Of a stretch of DNA of 64,000 bases, positions 1 to 10,465 are shown piece after piece (within the stretch, counting starts at the first letter, position 1; each line of letters begins with the position of its first letter). Below the pieces are notes generated by a model. The model did not search any database, had not been told where the DNA came from, and was given only the letters and a program-made list of their open reading frames with translations. The stretch lies in assembly GCA_002753335.1 (NCBI GenBank), contig PEAD01000005.1, positions 1-64,000 on the forward strand, in the 5' to 3' direction. The position numbers were made by a program, and so were the translations under genes. The stretch comes from Nitrospirae bacterium MYbin3 (GTDB lineage Bacteria; Nitrospirota; Thermodesulfovibrionia; Thermodesulfovibrionales; Dissulfurispiraceae).

Positions 1-146
1 AAAACAAATCTTGCAAGCTTGGAGTTAAAAACAAAAGGTTAAGGGCTGGCTACGATGACAATTACAGATCTGAAATTCTTAACCTTCAGGGAACGACATA
101 GTGCGTTTGCCCTGAACCCCTGAGCGATAGATTACAATTATTTCAT

Positions 147-2234
147 ATGCTATCATTGAATATGCATCCTTTCCGCAAACTACTGCTCTCCGCAGCAATA
201 GCTTTCTGCTTATTGCTGCAGCTGCCGTTCCATGATGCGAATGCAGGTCCGCCCTACGACAAATCAGGCTCGTTCTATCCTCCTAGGCCCGATTCATTTA
301 AGGGCGCTCCACCGGTAGATTTAAGGGGAAGAGAGAGCGACCGGCGCTACGAAGATCCTGAAGCAGGATATTCCGCTTTCACTGTAGAAGGAGAAGTTAT
401 CTACATAGACAGCCCCTCACGCTCCATGTCGATTAAAGTTACAAAAGCTATCGGCGGTTCTTGTTACAGGGAGTGCGTATTTCGAATGGATCAAAGAACC
501 TTCTTTGTACATAACAATGACATCATATCTCCAGCAAAGGTGGGCAACGGCAGCAAAGTCAGATTAAAATACGTCCAAAAAGAAAAGCTTAGGTTCCCGC
601 GCACCATTGTGGTTTCGGAGCTGAAAAATCCTGCTACAGAAGCAGTGGAGGCCACAGCAAAAGACAGGCAGTTATCCGGTGCCCCTCCTGATCTGGCTAT
701 CAACAATATCGGACTAGGAGAACATTCGGCAGACGGCGTGCTAGAAGCAGAAGAAAAAGGCTCTATTATTATTGGCGTTAAAAATTCAGGCAGGGGCTCT
801 GCTTACAATTCTTTTATAAAGCTCGAACTTGTTGGACAGCCAACTAAAGATATACTGTTCAATGAAAAAACTCTGGTAGGCACAATACAGCCTCAGGAGG
901 AAAAGAAGTTCGAACTGCCGATTGAGGCTTCATCAGGCGTGCGCAGCGCCGAGATACAGATTAAAGCCTCTGTAATAGAGCCGAACGGGTTTGATTCAAA
1001 ACCGGTAATACTGGCCTTTAGGACTAAGGAGCTTGCATCGCCGAATCTTCAGGTTACAAGAATTGACATAACAGATGCTGATGGAAGAAAAACAATAAAC
1101 AAGGGAAAAGAGATCACTGTCATTCTTACCGTGCACAATGAAGGCAGCGGGTCCGCAAAAAAAGTTTATGCGGCGATGGAAGCTGAGCACGAGGGCATAA
1201 AACTTTTCAGCGGCAGCAAAGTGCAACTTGGAAGCATCTCTCCCGGAGAATACAAAAAGGCCTCTTTCAGATTTGCTGTCACCCAGAGATACAGCGGCGA
1301 CAAAGAACTGCCGATACGCTTTGCATTAAAAGAAAGAAGGGATAAATTTTCGGTAAGACCTGACATACGGCTTGCGCTCGGAGAAGAAGCTCCCGACATC
1401 ATGACCGTAAAAGTCGAAGCCTCTTCTCAACCCAAAGTTAAATCTGATGACCTCTCTGATGTAAACCTGATTCCGTCAGTTGCGGATAGCCAGAAAGCAT
1501 TCGGAGAAAACGATGTGGCGGTGGTGATCGGTATAGAAAAATACCAAAATCTTCCTGCTTCAGAATTTTCCTACAATGATTCACGGGCCGTAAGAGGATA
1601 TCTACGGGCACTGGGATTTGCCGAGAGAAACATAGAATTTATGACAGATGAAAGGGCGACGCTCTCCGGCATGGTGAAGTCGCTAGAAAACTGGCTCCCA
1701 AACAGAACACTTCAGAAGAGCCGTGTATTTGTTTATTATTCAGGACACGGCTCGCCCGACCCTACAACAGGAGAGCCATATCTGATGCCGCATGACGGAG
1801 ATCCTAATTATCTTACAGCAACAGCATATCCACTTAAAAGATTTTATGAATCACTTTCAAAGCTTGCTGCAAACGAGGTTATCGTGGTCATAGATTCATG
1901 CTTCTCTGGCGCTGGCGTCAGGAGCGTTCTGGCTAAAGGCGCACGGCCTGCTATAGTTAAAGTGCAAGACCCACTGATGGCCTCTGGCAAAGTAGCGCTG
2001 ATCTTATCCACTGATGGCCCTCAGATATCAACCACGCTTGCAGAAAAAGAGCATGGGTTATTCACCTATTACTTTCTCAAAGCCATAAAAGACGGAAAAA
2101 AAGATCTCTCGGATATATATATAACAATCAGGCCGCTTGTTGAAGATGAGGCGAGAAGGCGCAATGTGCTTCAGACCCCGATGTTGAAACCGTCTTCAGA
2201 AGAGATTGCAGGCAGGTTCATCCTGAGAAAATGA
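147..2234 (+). CDS. Secreted caspase-family (peptidase C14) protein with CARDB/Ig-like repeats
   Basis: N-terminal signal-like hydrophobic stretch; two CARDB-like segments (VKNSGRGSA, VHNEGSGSA); C-terminal VVIGIEKY, YYSGHG and DSCFSG His/Cys dyad motifs. Confidence 0.85.
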   Translation: MLSLNMHPFRKLLLSAAIAFCLLLQLPFHDANAGPPYDKSGSFYPPRPDSFKGAPPVDLRGRESDRRYEDPEAGYSAFTVEGEVIYIDSPSRSMSIKVTKAIGGSCYRECVFRMDQRTFFVHNNDIISPAKVGNGSKVRLKYVQKEKLRFPRTIVVSELKNPATEAVEATAKDRQLSGAPPDLAINNIGLGEHSADGVLEAEEKGSIIIGVKNSGRGSAYNSFIKLELVGQPTKDILFNEKTLVGTIQPQEEKKFELPIEASSGVRSAEIQIKASVIEPNGFDSKPVILAFRTKELASPNLQVTRIDITDADGRKTINKGKEITVILTVHNEGSGSAKKVYAAMEAEHEGIKLFSGSKVQLGSISPGEYKKASFRFAVTQRYSGDKELPIRFALKERRDKFSVRPDIRLALGEEAPDIMTVKVEASSQPKVKSDDLSDVNLIPSVADSQKAFGENDVAVVIGIEKYQNLPASEFSYNDSRAVRGYLRALGFAERNIEFMTDERATLSGMVKSLENWLPNRTLQKSRVFVYYSGHGSPDPTTGEPYLMPHDGDPNYLTATAYPLKRFYESLSKLAANEVIVVIDSCFSGAGVRSVLAKGARPAIVKVQDPLMASGKVALILSTDGPQISTTLAEKEHGLFTYYFLKAIKDGKKDLSDIYITIRPLVEDEARRRNVLQTPMLKPSSEEIAGRFILRK

Positions 2235-3130
2235 AACTCAGGATAGGCCACCTCTCCACTTTTTATCACACCGCAATAATATTAATGGACAGCCCGATCA
2301 GCACACACGCTGATGCTGGATGGCGGCTTTTCGGTACAGGCCCCGCTATTGTTGATGCCTTAGAAAAAAAAGAGCTGGATATAGCATACATCGGCCTGCC
2401 TCCGGCCATAATAGGAATCCACAGAGGAGTGCCTATCAAATGCGTAGCCGGCGGCCATGTCGAGGGCACCGTCATGACCGGATTCAATAAATACAAAGGC
2501 CTAGCCGAAACTGACAGTCTTGAAGAAATTCTAAATCAGTTTATAGGAATGAAAATAGGGGTTCCGGGCAAAGGTTCGATACATGACTTAATACTTCAAG
2601 ACTGTTTACAAAACTGCGGACTTAGGCAACACATAGAAGTCATAAACTATCCATGGGCTGACCTGGCGCTTGAGGACCTTGCAAAACACCGCATTGAAGC
2701 GGCCTTTGGAACCCCTGCGCTTGCAGTAGCAGCAAGGCATTACGCAGATTGCAAAATACTATACCCACCCTCAAAGCTTTGGCCTGACAATCCGAGCTAC
2801 GGCATACTGGTCTCAAAACCTTTTCTTGAAGAACACAGGGATACAGTTGCCGAATTCTTGAAAGCTCATGCAAAGGCTACCGAACTATTGCGAAATGATC
2901 CGCGTAAAGCCGCAGCCGTTATATCAGCAAAGGTTGGAGTTGTTGATCAGGATTTTGTTCTTGAAACCCTCTCTGTATCTCCAAAATACTGGGCCCAGAT
3001 AACCGATGCTTACAAAAACTGCACTATCAGATTGATGCTTGCACTAAAAAAGCTTGGATACATAGAAAGAGAAATCTATGCTGATGAAATATTCGATAAT
3101 TCGCTGACCGCTGGGATGGGCGATTATTAA
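2231..3130 (+). CDS. SsuA/NMT1/THI5-like substrate-binding-fold protein, no signal peptide
   Basis: LDIAYIGLPPA, GGHVEG and KIGVPGKGSIHD motifs of the sulfonate/nitrate SBP fold; ATGA overlap with upstream gene. Confidence 0.75.
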   Translation: MKLRIGHLSTFYHTAIILMDSPISTHADAGWRLFGTGPAIVDALEKKELDIAYIGLPPAIIGIHRGVPIKCVAGGHVEGTVMTGFNKYKGLAETDSLEEILNQFIGMKIGVPGKGSIHDLILQDCLQNCGLRQHIEVINYPWADLALEDLAKHRIEAAFGTPALAVAARHYADCKILYPPSKLWPDNPSYGILVSKPFLEEHRDTVAEFLKAHAKATELLRNDPRKAAAVISAKVGVVDQDFVLETLSVSPKYWAQITDAYKNCTIRLMLALKKLGYIEREIYADEIFDNSLTAGMGDY

Positions 3131-3140
3131 CCACTAATTG

Positions 3141-5381
3141 CTATCTAATCAATGAGTTTAAATGGCTTTTCAGAGCATCGATCTGGTATGGTTTGCTAAG
3201 GCATCCTGAGAACCCAAATTCTTTATAATTTGCAACTACAGGACTATCTGAATAGCCGCTCGAAACTATTGCTCTTACATCGGGATCTATCGCCCGAATC
3301 CTTGATATCGCTTCTTCACCGCTCATTCCACCCTTTACGGTCAGATCAAGAATAACCAGATCAAAGGGAGTTCCTGCATCCCGGTTTCTGATAAACATAT
3401 CTATCGCTTTTTTGCCATCTTCTGCGCATTCAACCTCATGCCCAAGCGCAACGATCATCTCCTTTGCAACGCTCCTGACAATATCCTCATCGTCCATCAG
3501 AAGTATTCTTCCTGTCTTTACCGCAGCCTCGGCTAAAGGCTTGCTCTCGGACTGTAAATGAGCTTTTTTAACAGCAGGAAGATATATGGTGAATGTTGTG
3601 CCTCCGTTTAGTTCGGATTTTACCTGAATCAGGCCACCATGATTATTAATTATCGAATATGATGTTGCCAATCCAAGACCACTGCCTTTTTGTTTGGTCG
3701 TAAAGTATGGATCAAAAATATTTGCAAGATTTTGTTCGGATATACCGATCCCAGAATCCTGGATGTAGGAGCGGATAAAAGCCCCACCTGCATGAAGACT
3801 TGAATACATATCGGGGGCTATATCCACATTTGACAAAAACACCTGAACAGTCCCGCTTCCTGCCATCGCCTGATCAGCATTCAGCACGATATTCTGTATC
3901 ACCTGCGCCACCTGTCCTTCGTCTGCTTCAACTGCCCATATATCATTCGGAATATCCAGCTTATAGTTGGTATGCGATCCGCTAAGCGCGAACTTTACCG
4001 CACGTTCAATTACCGGCTCTATTCTTATCAGCTTCTTAACAGGTTTCCCGCCTTTTGCGAAAGTCAGGAGCTGATTTGTCAGATTTACAGACACGTGAAG
4101 GGCCTCTTCTGCCTGATTAAGCATGGCAAGGGCTTTCTCCCTTTGGTCGATATTAATTTTTGCCATCGAAATATAACCGAATATGCCCTGAAGAAGATTG
4201 TTAAAATCATGGGCTATGCCACCGGCCAGAGTGCCTATGGACTGTAGCTTTTGTGTATTTTGAAGTTCTTGCTCCAATCGCTTCCGCTCACTAAGGTCTG
4301 TAACTATACCGCGCAGACCAACAACTTTGTCATTAAGAATTATAGTGTTTGAAATAACACTTATAGGAAACGATGTGCCATCCTTTCGAAGCCCCTTGTA
4401 TTCATGATAAAAGGGCCCGCTGCCCGATATTCTACGCGCTATATGAGCCCTCGCCCGATTTCGATCCTCGGCAGACAGTATCTGCATAACATTCATTCCG
4501 GACTCGATATCACTCGCAGAATAACCGAAGCTTTCTATTCCGGTACTATTAACATACGTAAAACGGCCCTGAAGATCTATTTCAAAGATAGTCATAGGCA
4601 GTGATTCGGCCAATTCACGGAACCGCCCCTCACTTTGACGCAGAGAATTCTCGGCCAGCTTGCTTTCAGTTATATCAGTAGCAATCTCCAAGCGCACCAT
4701 GCGTCCATCTATCCACTGCAATGCCCTGTCGCGTATGTCATACCAACGCCCATTTGCGGTGTTCTGAAATTCCCAGTGATATATCCCTATTGAATTTCCA
4801 TTGGCATCAAGCAGCTTGTCGTTGGTACAAAATGCACATGGACCAACCTGTCCTGCCTGTATGGTCTTCCAACATTGTTTTCCTACAACATCACCAAAGA
4901 GTTTTTTGAAATAATTGTTTGTAAAAAGCACTTCATATGTTTTCATATCGGCAACGTAAACTATGGATTCAAGGCCGTTTAAAACAGTAACAAGTCTCTC
5001 GTGGGATTCTTTAAGCGTCTTCTCGGCCATCTTGCGTTCATTTATATCACGCAAAAAGCTCACAAACCGTCCGCCATCGATAGGAAGATATTGAACACTG
5101 ACCTCTACATTTAAAATGGTCCCGTCTTTTCTGCGGTGTCGAGACTCGAAACGATCATTACCCTGCTCTATAATCTTCTGTATATGCGCGGCCGTGTCAG
5201 AAGGTGATTCTAAAACTTCTATGTCCTGAATACACATTGACAGCAATTCAGAAGAGGTATAACCGCTCATCCGGCAATAGGCATCATTGACTTCAAGCAG
5301 ACGGCCATGAATATCCACCAGCAAGAAGCCGTCCATGGTGGTCTGGAGTATGAGTCTATAAGGCTCCACAACTTTAGGCAT
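3141..5381 (-). CDS. Cytoplasmic hybrid histidine kinase (multiple PAS, HisKA, HATPase, receiver)
   Basis: PAS repeats, H-box IAHDFNN, DPYFTTK...GSGLGL, C-terminal REC (MDDE, LVILD). Confidence 0.93.
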   Translation of the reverse strand: MPKVVEPYRLILQTTMDGFLLVDIHGRLLEVNDAYCRMSGYTSSELLSMCIQDIEVLESPSDTAAHIQKIIEQGNDRFESRHRRKDGTILNVEVSVQYLPIDGGRFVSFLRDINERKMAEKTLKESHERLVTVLNGLESIVYVADMKTYEVLFTNNYFKKLFGDVVGKQCWKTIQAGQVGPCAFCTNDKLLDANGNSIGIYHWEFQNTANGRWYDIRDRALQWIDGRMVRLEIATDITESKLAENSLRQSEGRFRELAESLPMTIFEIDLQGRFTYVNSTGIESFGYSASDIESGMNVMQILSAEDRNRARAHIARRISGSGPFYHEYKGLRKDGTSFPISVISNTIILNDKVVGLRGIVTDLSERKRLEQELQNTQKLQSIGTLAGGIAHDFNNLLQGIFGYISMAKINIDQREKALAMLNQAEEALHVSVNLTNQLLTFAKGGKPVKKLIRIEPVIERAVKFALSGSHTNYKLDIPNDIWAVEADEGQVAQVIQNIVLNADQAMAGSGTVQVFLSNVDIAPDMYSSLHAGGAFIRSYIQDSGIGISEQNLANIFDPYFTTKQKGSGLGLATSYSIINNHGGLIQVKSELNGGTTFTIYLPAVKKAHLQSESKPLAEAAVKTGRILLMDDEDIVRSVAKEMIVALGHEVECAEDGKKAIDMFIRNRDAGTPFDLVILDLTVKGGMSGEEAISRIRAIDPDVRAIVSSGYSDSPVVANYKEFGFSGCLSKPYQIDALKSHLNSLIR

Positions 5382-5537
5382 AAAAAATCCTTTCGGTTTG
5401 CTTTCTCAGCATTAGAGTAAAATAACATGAAAAAAATAACTTAGCAATAAAAAACAGCCTGAACCAGCGCTTATTGACAAAAAAAATAACTGCCATCATT
5501 ATAAATAAAGAGTTTTTCTCAAGAGGTATCGAAACAA

Positions 5538-6995
5538 ATGAAAATCATTACAGAAAAAAAACGCCTGCTCGGATTGGTAAGCATAATTTTAATTGCCGGA
5601 TTCTTCGGCACAAGCATAGCCAGCTTCTTGGTTTCGCGGGCTTCAATCATAAAGGGCATATCTGTGCAGGAACTGCCTCTGACAGGCGACAATATTTATT
5701 CAGAGCTGCAGAAAGATATTTTGCGTCCGGTGTTCATCTCCTCGCTCATGGCCCATGACACCTTTTTGCGCGATTGGATTTTACGCGGAGAAAAGGATTC
5801 AAGAGAAATTCAGCGTTATCTCAGAATGGTAAAGGAGAAGTACGGAACAATAACAAGCTTTTTAGTTTCTGAACAGAGCAGAAATTACTATTTCACCGAC
5901 GGTATCCTGAAAAAGGTGAAGGAGGATGAACCTCTTGATGCATGGTTTTTCAGGGTTCGCAATATGTCTGCGCCCTACGAAACCAATGTGGATCCTGATA
6001 TGGCAAACAGAAATACGATGACCGTTTTTATCAATTATCGTGTACTGGATTATGACAACAATTTTATTGGCGTTACAGGGGTGGGACTGACATTTGATAC
6101 TGTGCGAAAAATTATCGACAACTATCAAGAACGCTTTATGCGCCGCATATATTTTGTTGATAAAAAAGGCATGATCGTACTTTCCGGGCAGTCTATGAAG
6201 GATATCAAGGGTTCTATCCACCAGATTGCAGGACTGAAGGATGTAGCTTCAAAATTACTGAATACCGACAGCAACCCTGCACAACTTGAGTACCTGAGCG
6301 ATGAGGGGATCATCCTTATCAATTCTCGTTTTATTCCCGAACTCGGCTGGTATCTGGTGGTGGAACAGAATGAAGAGTTCGCCCTAAAGCCGGTTAGGCA
6401 TGTGTTTTGGATGAATCTTACCGTAAGCACTGTAGTAACCGCTCTGATTCTCATGATTACACTATTCACGGTGAACCGCTTCCAGATTCGTCTCGAGCGT
6501 ATGGCTACTACAGACCACCTGACAGGTCTGCTCAATAGGCAGGGGTTAGAGATTATTTTTGACCAGATGATCAAGGATGTGGAGCGATCAAAAACAACGC
6601 TGTCAGCAATCCTGATAGATATAGATCATTTCAAAAAGATCAACGACCGGTACGGCCACCTGACCGGAGACAGGGTCATTCAGAAAGTTGCGAACCGCAT
6701 TCAGGAGTCACTGCGCAAAAGCGATGTTGTTGCGCGTTGGGGAGGAGAAGAATATTTGCTCCTGCTAAAGGATTGCTTGCTGGATCAGGCATTCGAAATC
6801 TCCGAAAAAATCCGCAAGGACTTAGAAGAAAACAGTCTGGATATCCCAGAGATCGCGGAACCGGTCTCTGTAAGTTTGGGTATTGCCCAGCTTAAACAAG
6901 GGGAAGATCAGGATAGCCTGCTTCATAGAGCGGATCAAGCTCTTTATTGCGCAAAAGAAAAAGGCCGAAATTGTTCGATATTGTCAGAACAATAA
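5538..6995 (+). CDS. Membrane sensor (Cache-like) diguanylate cyclase
   Basis: Two TM segments flanking a sensor domain; TDHLTGLLNR, DIDHFKKIND, RWGGEEY; RKSD I-site. Confidence 0.92.
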   Translation: MKIITEKKRLLGLVSIILIAGFFGTSIASFLVSRASIIKGISVQELPLTGDNIYSELQKDILRPVFISSLMAHDTFLRDWILRGEKDSREIQRYLRMVKEKYGTITSFLVSEQSRNYYFTDGILKKVKEDEPLDAWFFRVRNMSAPYETNVDPDMANRNTMTVFINYRVLDYDNNFIGVTGVGLTFDTVRKIIDNYQERFMRRIYFVDKKGMIVLSGQSMKDIKGSIHQIAGLKDVASKLLNTDSNPAQLEYLSDEGIILINSRFIPELGWYLVVEQNEEFALKPVRHVFWMNLTVSTVVTALILMITLFTVNRFQIRLERMATTDHLTGLLNRQGLEIIFDQMIKDVERSKTTLSAILIDIDHFKKINDRYGHLTGDRVIQKVANRIQESLRKSDVVARWGGEEYLLLLKDCLLDQAFEISEKIRKDLEENSLDIPEIAEPVSVSLGIAQLKQGEDQDSLLHRADQALYCAKEKGRNCSILSEQ

Positions 6996-7010
6996 CAGCC
7001 CTTTACGTTT

Positions 7011-8207
7011 TCAGCTCAGTCTCTTTACAGCCTCTTTGATTCTATCGAGCGCCTTGCTGATGCTTTCCATCGAGGTTGCATACGAAATCCTTATATGGTT
7101 GTCGTCGCCGAAAGCCTCGCCGTGGACCAGCGCCACATTGGCCTCTTCGAGCAGATACATCGCCATATCTAGGGACGAATTTATCAGCCGCTCTCCCGCC
7201 TTTTTACCATAAAGCTTTGATACATTAGGGAACGCATAGAATGCGCCGTTCGGCATAAGACAGGATATGCCGTCTATTAAGTTAAGTTCATTCACCAGAA
7301 ATTTTCTTCTCTTATCAAATTCGGTACGCATAGTCTCTATAAAATCCTGAGGTCCTTTGAGCGCCGCAACAGCCGCCTTTTGAGAGATCGATGTCGGATT
7401 CGATGTGGACTGGCTCTGTATGTTGGTCATAGCCTTTATTATATCTTTCGGTCCTGCGGCATAGCCGATTCTCCAGCCTGTCATTGCATGGGATTTGGAA
7501 AGGCCGTTTACGACTATGGTCTTCTCTTTTAACCTGCTATCGAGCGATGCTATGCTCAGATGTTCGGTTCCGTCATATACAAGCTTTTCGTATATCTCAT
7601 CCGAAATAATATAAAGGTCATGCTTCAGAATAACCTCGGCAAGAGCCTCCATCTTTTTTCTGTCATAAGCAAGACCTGTCGGGTTGGAAGGTGAATTCAG
7701 CACAAGCGCCTTGGTGCTTTTAGTTATCTTTTTTGCAAGCTCTTCGGGTTTAAGCAGAAAATTGTCAGATTCCAGTGTCTTCACAATAACAGGCGAGGCA
7801 TCGTTTAAAAGTGCCTGATCAGGATATGAAACCCAGTACGGAGCCGGTATCAACACCTCATCCCCCTGATTGAAAAGAGCCTGTGCAATATTGTAAAGAG
7901 TATGCTTTGCGCCACAAGATACAATAATCTCTTCGCGCGAATATTCGAGGCTGTTGTCGGTTTTAAGCTTTTCGATAATCGCGTCTTTAAGTTCATCTGT
8001 GCCGCCAACAGGAGTGTATTTAGTGAACCCATCCTTTATCGCTTTTATCGCAGCCTCTTTTATGTGGTCAGGGGTGTCGAAGTCAGGTTCGCCTACCCCA
8101 AAGTTTACTATATCCACGCCCTGAGCCTTCATGCCCTTGGCCTTGGAGTCCATAGCGAGTGTCGGTGATGGTTTGATCCTTTGAGCTCTCTGAGAAATCA
8201 TCCGCAA
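7011..8207 (-). CDS. aspC: Aspartate aminotransferase (class I/II PLP-dependent)
   Basis: GEPDFDTP, NSPSNPTG, DEIYE, SKSHAMTGWRIG; start may be 8201. Confidence 0.9.
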   Translation of the reverse strand: MRMISQRAQRIKPSPTLAMDSKAKGMKAQGVDIVNFGVGEPDFDTPDHIKEAAIKAIKDGFTKYTPVGGTDELKDAIIEKLKTDNSLEYSREEIIVSCGAKHTLYNIAQALFNQGDEVLIPAPYWVSYPDQALLNDASPVIVKTLESDNFLLKPEELAKKITKSTKALVLNSPSNPTGLAYDRKKMEALAEVILKHDLYIISDEIYEKLVYDGTEHLSIASLDSRLKEKTIVVNGLSKSHAMTGWRIGYAAGPKDIIKAMTNIQSQSTSNPTSISQKAAVAALKGPQDFIETMRTEFDKRRKFLVNELNLIDGISCLMPNGAFYAFPNVSKLYGKKAGERLINSSLDMAMYLLEEANVALVHGEAFGDDNHIRISYATSMESISKALDRIKEAVKRLS

Positions 8208-8222
8208 ATCCTCCGTCTTATA

Positions 8223-9719
8223 TTATTTTCCGGGAACCTTAGGCATGTTGCCGAACAGGTATTTGAAATCCTCATCTTCAAAGCGCAGACCGCCGCCCAC
8301 ATATCCGCCGCTGTTCTTGGCGTTCAGGATATTGTCATAACCGGCCGAGATAAAAATATTCTTAAATAAAAAGTAGTCGGCGCCTGCCTTCAGATGAGCA
8401 TTTTTAGACCTGTACTCTTCATGTCCGAAATCCCAAACATCAATACTAAACTTCAATTTATCGTTAAGCATAAAATAGTCTGCACCTGCGCCGAGCGTGT
8501 TTTCTGTAAGGCCTATTCTCAAAGCAGTATCTTCAAACGGAGGATGGTCCTTGAGCCTCCTTGCGAACTGGGCCGAAAATTTTATCTTCTTTTCTATCTT
8601 CTCTTCCTTAACACTTACACCGTTGGTAATCGTTTCTGTAGAGGTAACTTTGCCTATAGGGTCACTCACTATGCCGAGCACATAGTATTTTTCTGGTTTA
8701 GGCTGAAGCGTTACAGAAAAAGCGCCCTTAGCATCGCTATGGCGTGTTAGATAATCACCCTGAAAAGTGATGAATGTCCTGAATCTGTCAACAGCGCTGA
8801 GAGTCTTGCCAAGTCCGTCAGCAGCTTTGTTTACAGACTCATACAGTCTTTCATCATTTACCAGTTTTCCGATCGTGCCTTCACCTTTCTGTATCTTCTG
8901 GCTTATCTTGTCTATATTGTCAACGGTGCTCTTAAGCGATGGCCTGTTTTCTTCGAGCATAGATTTAAGCTCGCTTGTCGTACTCTGAAGGCTCTTTATA
9001 AGAGAGGGGCCGTCGTTCTTGAGAGTTCCGGTGAAATCTTTAACATTTGCCAGAGTCTCTGTAAACGGCTCTTTATTATTTTTCACAACCTCACCTAGAG
9101 ATGCAGTAAGATCATCTATATTGTCCAAAACCCTGCGGAGCTTCTTGTCGTTATAGACTATAGCGTTATTCAGATTGCTTGTAATCTCCCTAAGCGCCAA
9201 TATGGATTCCTTCAGTGCATTCTTAGAGGCATCAGAACCAAGCACATCGTTGACCGCAGATGTAAGCCCGCCTATGTCTCCGGCCACTTTCGAGATATTC
9301 CGTATAAGGTCGTCAACATCTGTCACTTCTGCAGCATTTGCGATCATATCGCCTTCTTTGAGTGCAGGCTCTTGAGTCCCGGGCTTTATCTCCAAAAACT
9401 TATCGCCCAATAGGCCGCTTGTCTTAACAGAAGCGGAGGCATTGGTGTAAACATTAATGCCCTTGTAAATCCGGATCTTCACCTTGGCCCTGCCGCCATC
9501 CAGCGTAATAGACTCGATAGTCCCTGCATCAACACCGGCTATCTTAACCTTTGTATTCTTGTCGAGGCCCACAACATTGCTGAAGTAGGCATAAATCACA
9601 TAGCCTTCTTTCTGCATCCATTTAAAGCCGCCTACATTAAAGGTCATAAAAGAAAGCACCATCAGCACCACTATCGCAAAGATTCCAACTTTCAGTTCTG
9701 CAGAATAGTTTTTCACCAA
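8223..9719 (-). CDS. mlaD: MlaD/MCE family protein
   Basis: ELKVGIF N-terminal anchor, MCE domain (VKIAGVDAG, GLLGDKFLEI), helical region, GEGTIGKL. Confidence 0.88.
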   Translation of the reverse strand: MVKNYSAELKVGIFAIVVLMVLSFMTFNVGGFKWMQKEGYVIYAYFSNVVGLDKNTKVKIAGVDAGTIESITLDGGRAKVKIRIYKGINVYTNASASVKTSGLLGDKFLEIKPGTQEPALKEGDMIANAAEVTDVDDLIRNISKVAGDIGGLTSAVNDVLGSDASKNALKESILALREITSNLNNAIVYNDKKLRRVLDNIDDLTASLGEVVKNNKEPFTETLANVKDFTGTLKNDGPSLIKSLQSTTSELKSMLEENRPSLKSTVDNIDKISQKIQKGEGTIGKLVNDERLYESVNKAADGLGKTLSAVDRFRTFITFQGDYLTRHSDAKGAFSVTLQPKPEKYYVLGIVSDPIGKVTSTETITNGVSVKEEKIEKKIKFSAQFARRLKDHPPFEDTALRIGLTENTLGAGADYFMLNDKLKFSIDVWDFGHEEYRSKNAHLKAGADYFLFKNIFISAGYDNILNAKNSGGYVGGGLRFEDEDFKYLFGNMPKVPGK

Positions 9720-10465
9720 TCTATCACCTTTATAGGCCCCACAGCGCTTCCGTTGATGAACTGGCGCACTATCGGGTTCTCTGTATTTTTTATCTGCTTC
9801 GGTGTTCCTGTTTCTATTATCTCGCCCAGATACAGCATCGAGATCCTGTCTGCGATTTTATATGCGCTGTGCATATCGTGCGTGATGGTGATTGATGTCA
9901 CCGAAAGCCTTCTCTTCATCTCGATTATCAGATCGTTTATAGCGTCCGCCATTATCGGATCCAGTCCGGTCGTAGGCTCGTCGTAAAGCAATATTTCTGG
10001 TTCGTAGGCTATAGCCCTAGCAAGACCCACCCTTTTTTTCATGCCTCCCGAAAGCTCAGAAGGCATCAGGTCCTCAACTCCGGCAAGTCCCACCATCTTA
10101 AGTTTTTCTATGGCTATGGCGCGGGCGTCGGCCCTGTTCATACGCCTCTCTCTCAAGAGAACAAAACTGACATTTTCCCAGACGTTCATAGAATCAAAAA
10201 GCGCCGCACCTTGAAAAAGCATGCCGAATTTGCGCCGCACTTCGTAAAGACCTTTTTCATCTAAGCCGGTAACGTCTCTGCCTTCGACCAGAACTTTGCC
10301 GCCGTCAGGTTTTAAGAGTCCTATTATATGCTTGATAAGCACGCTTTTTCCAGAACCGCTGCCGCCTATCACCACCATGCTCTCGCCCTTCTCCACCCTC
10401 AGATTCGCGCCTTTAAGCACCTGCTTCTTGCCGAAAGATTTTGTCAGCCCTAAGACATCTATCAT
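9713..10465 (-). CDS. mlaF: Mla-type ABC transporter ATP-binding protein
   Basis: Walker A GGSGSGKS, LSGGMKKRVGLARA, YDEPTTGLDP. Confidence 0.92.
   Translation of the reverse strand: MIDVLGLTKSFGKKQVLKGANLRVEKGESMVVIGGSGSGKSVLIKHIIGLLKPDGGKVLVEGRDVTGLDEKGLYEVRRKFGMLFQGAALFDSMNVWENVSFVLLRERRMNRADARAIAIEKLKMVGLAGVEDLMPSELSGGMKKRVGLARAIAYEPEILLYDEPTTGLDPIMADAINDLIIEMKRRLSVTSITITHDMHSAYKIADRISMLYLGEIIETGTPKQIKNTENPIVRQFINGSAVGPIKVIDW

Noticed and set aside
35..116. Two small inverted repeats (AAGGTTAAG/CTTAACCTT, TTCAGGG/CCCTGAA) as a possible riboswitch
   Set aside because: No recognisable riboswitch consensus; probably a terminator or chance, and upstream context is missing
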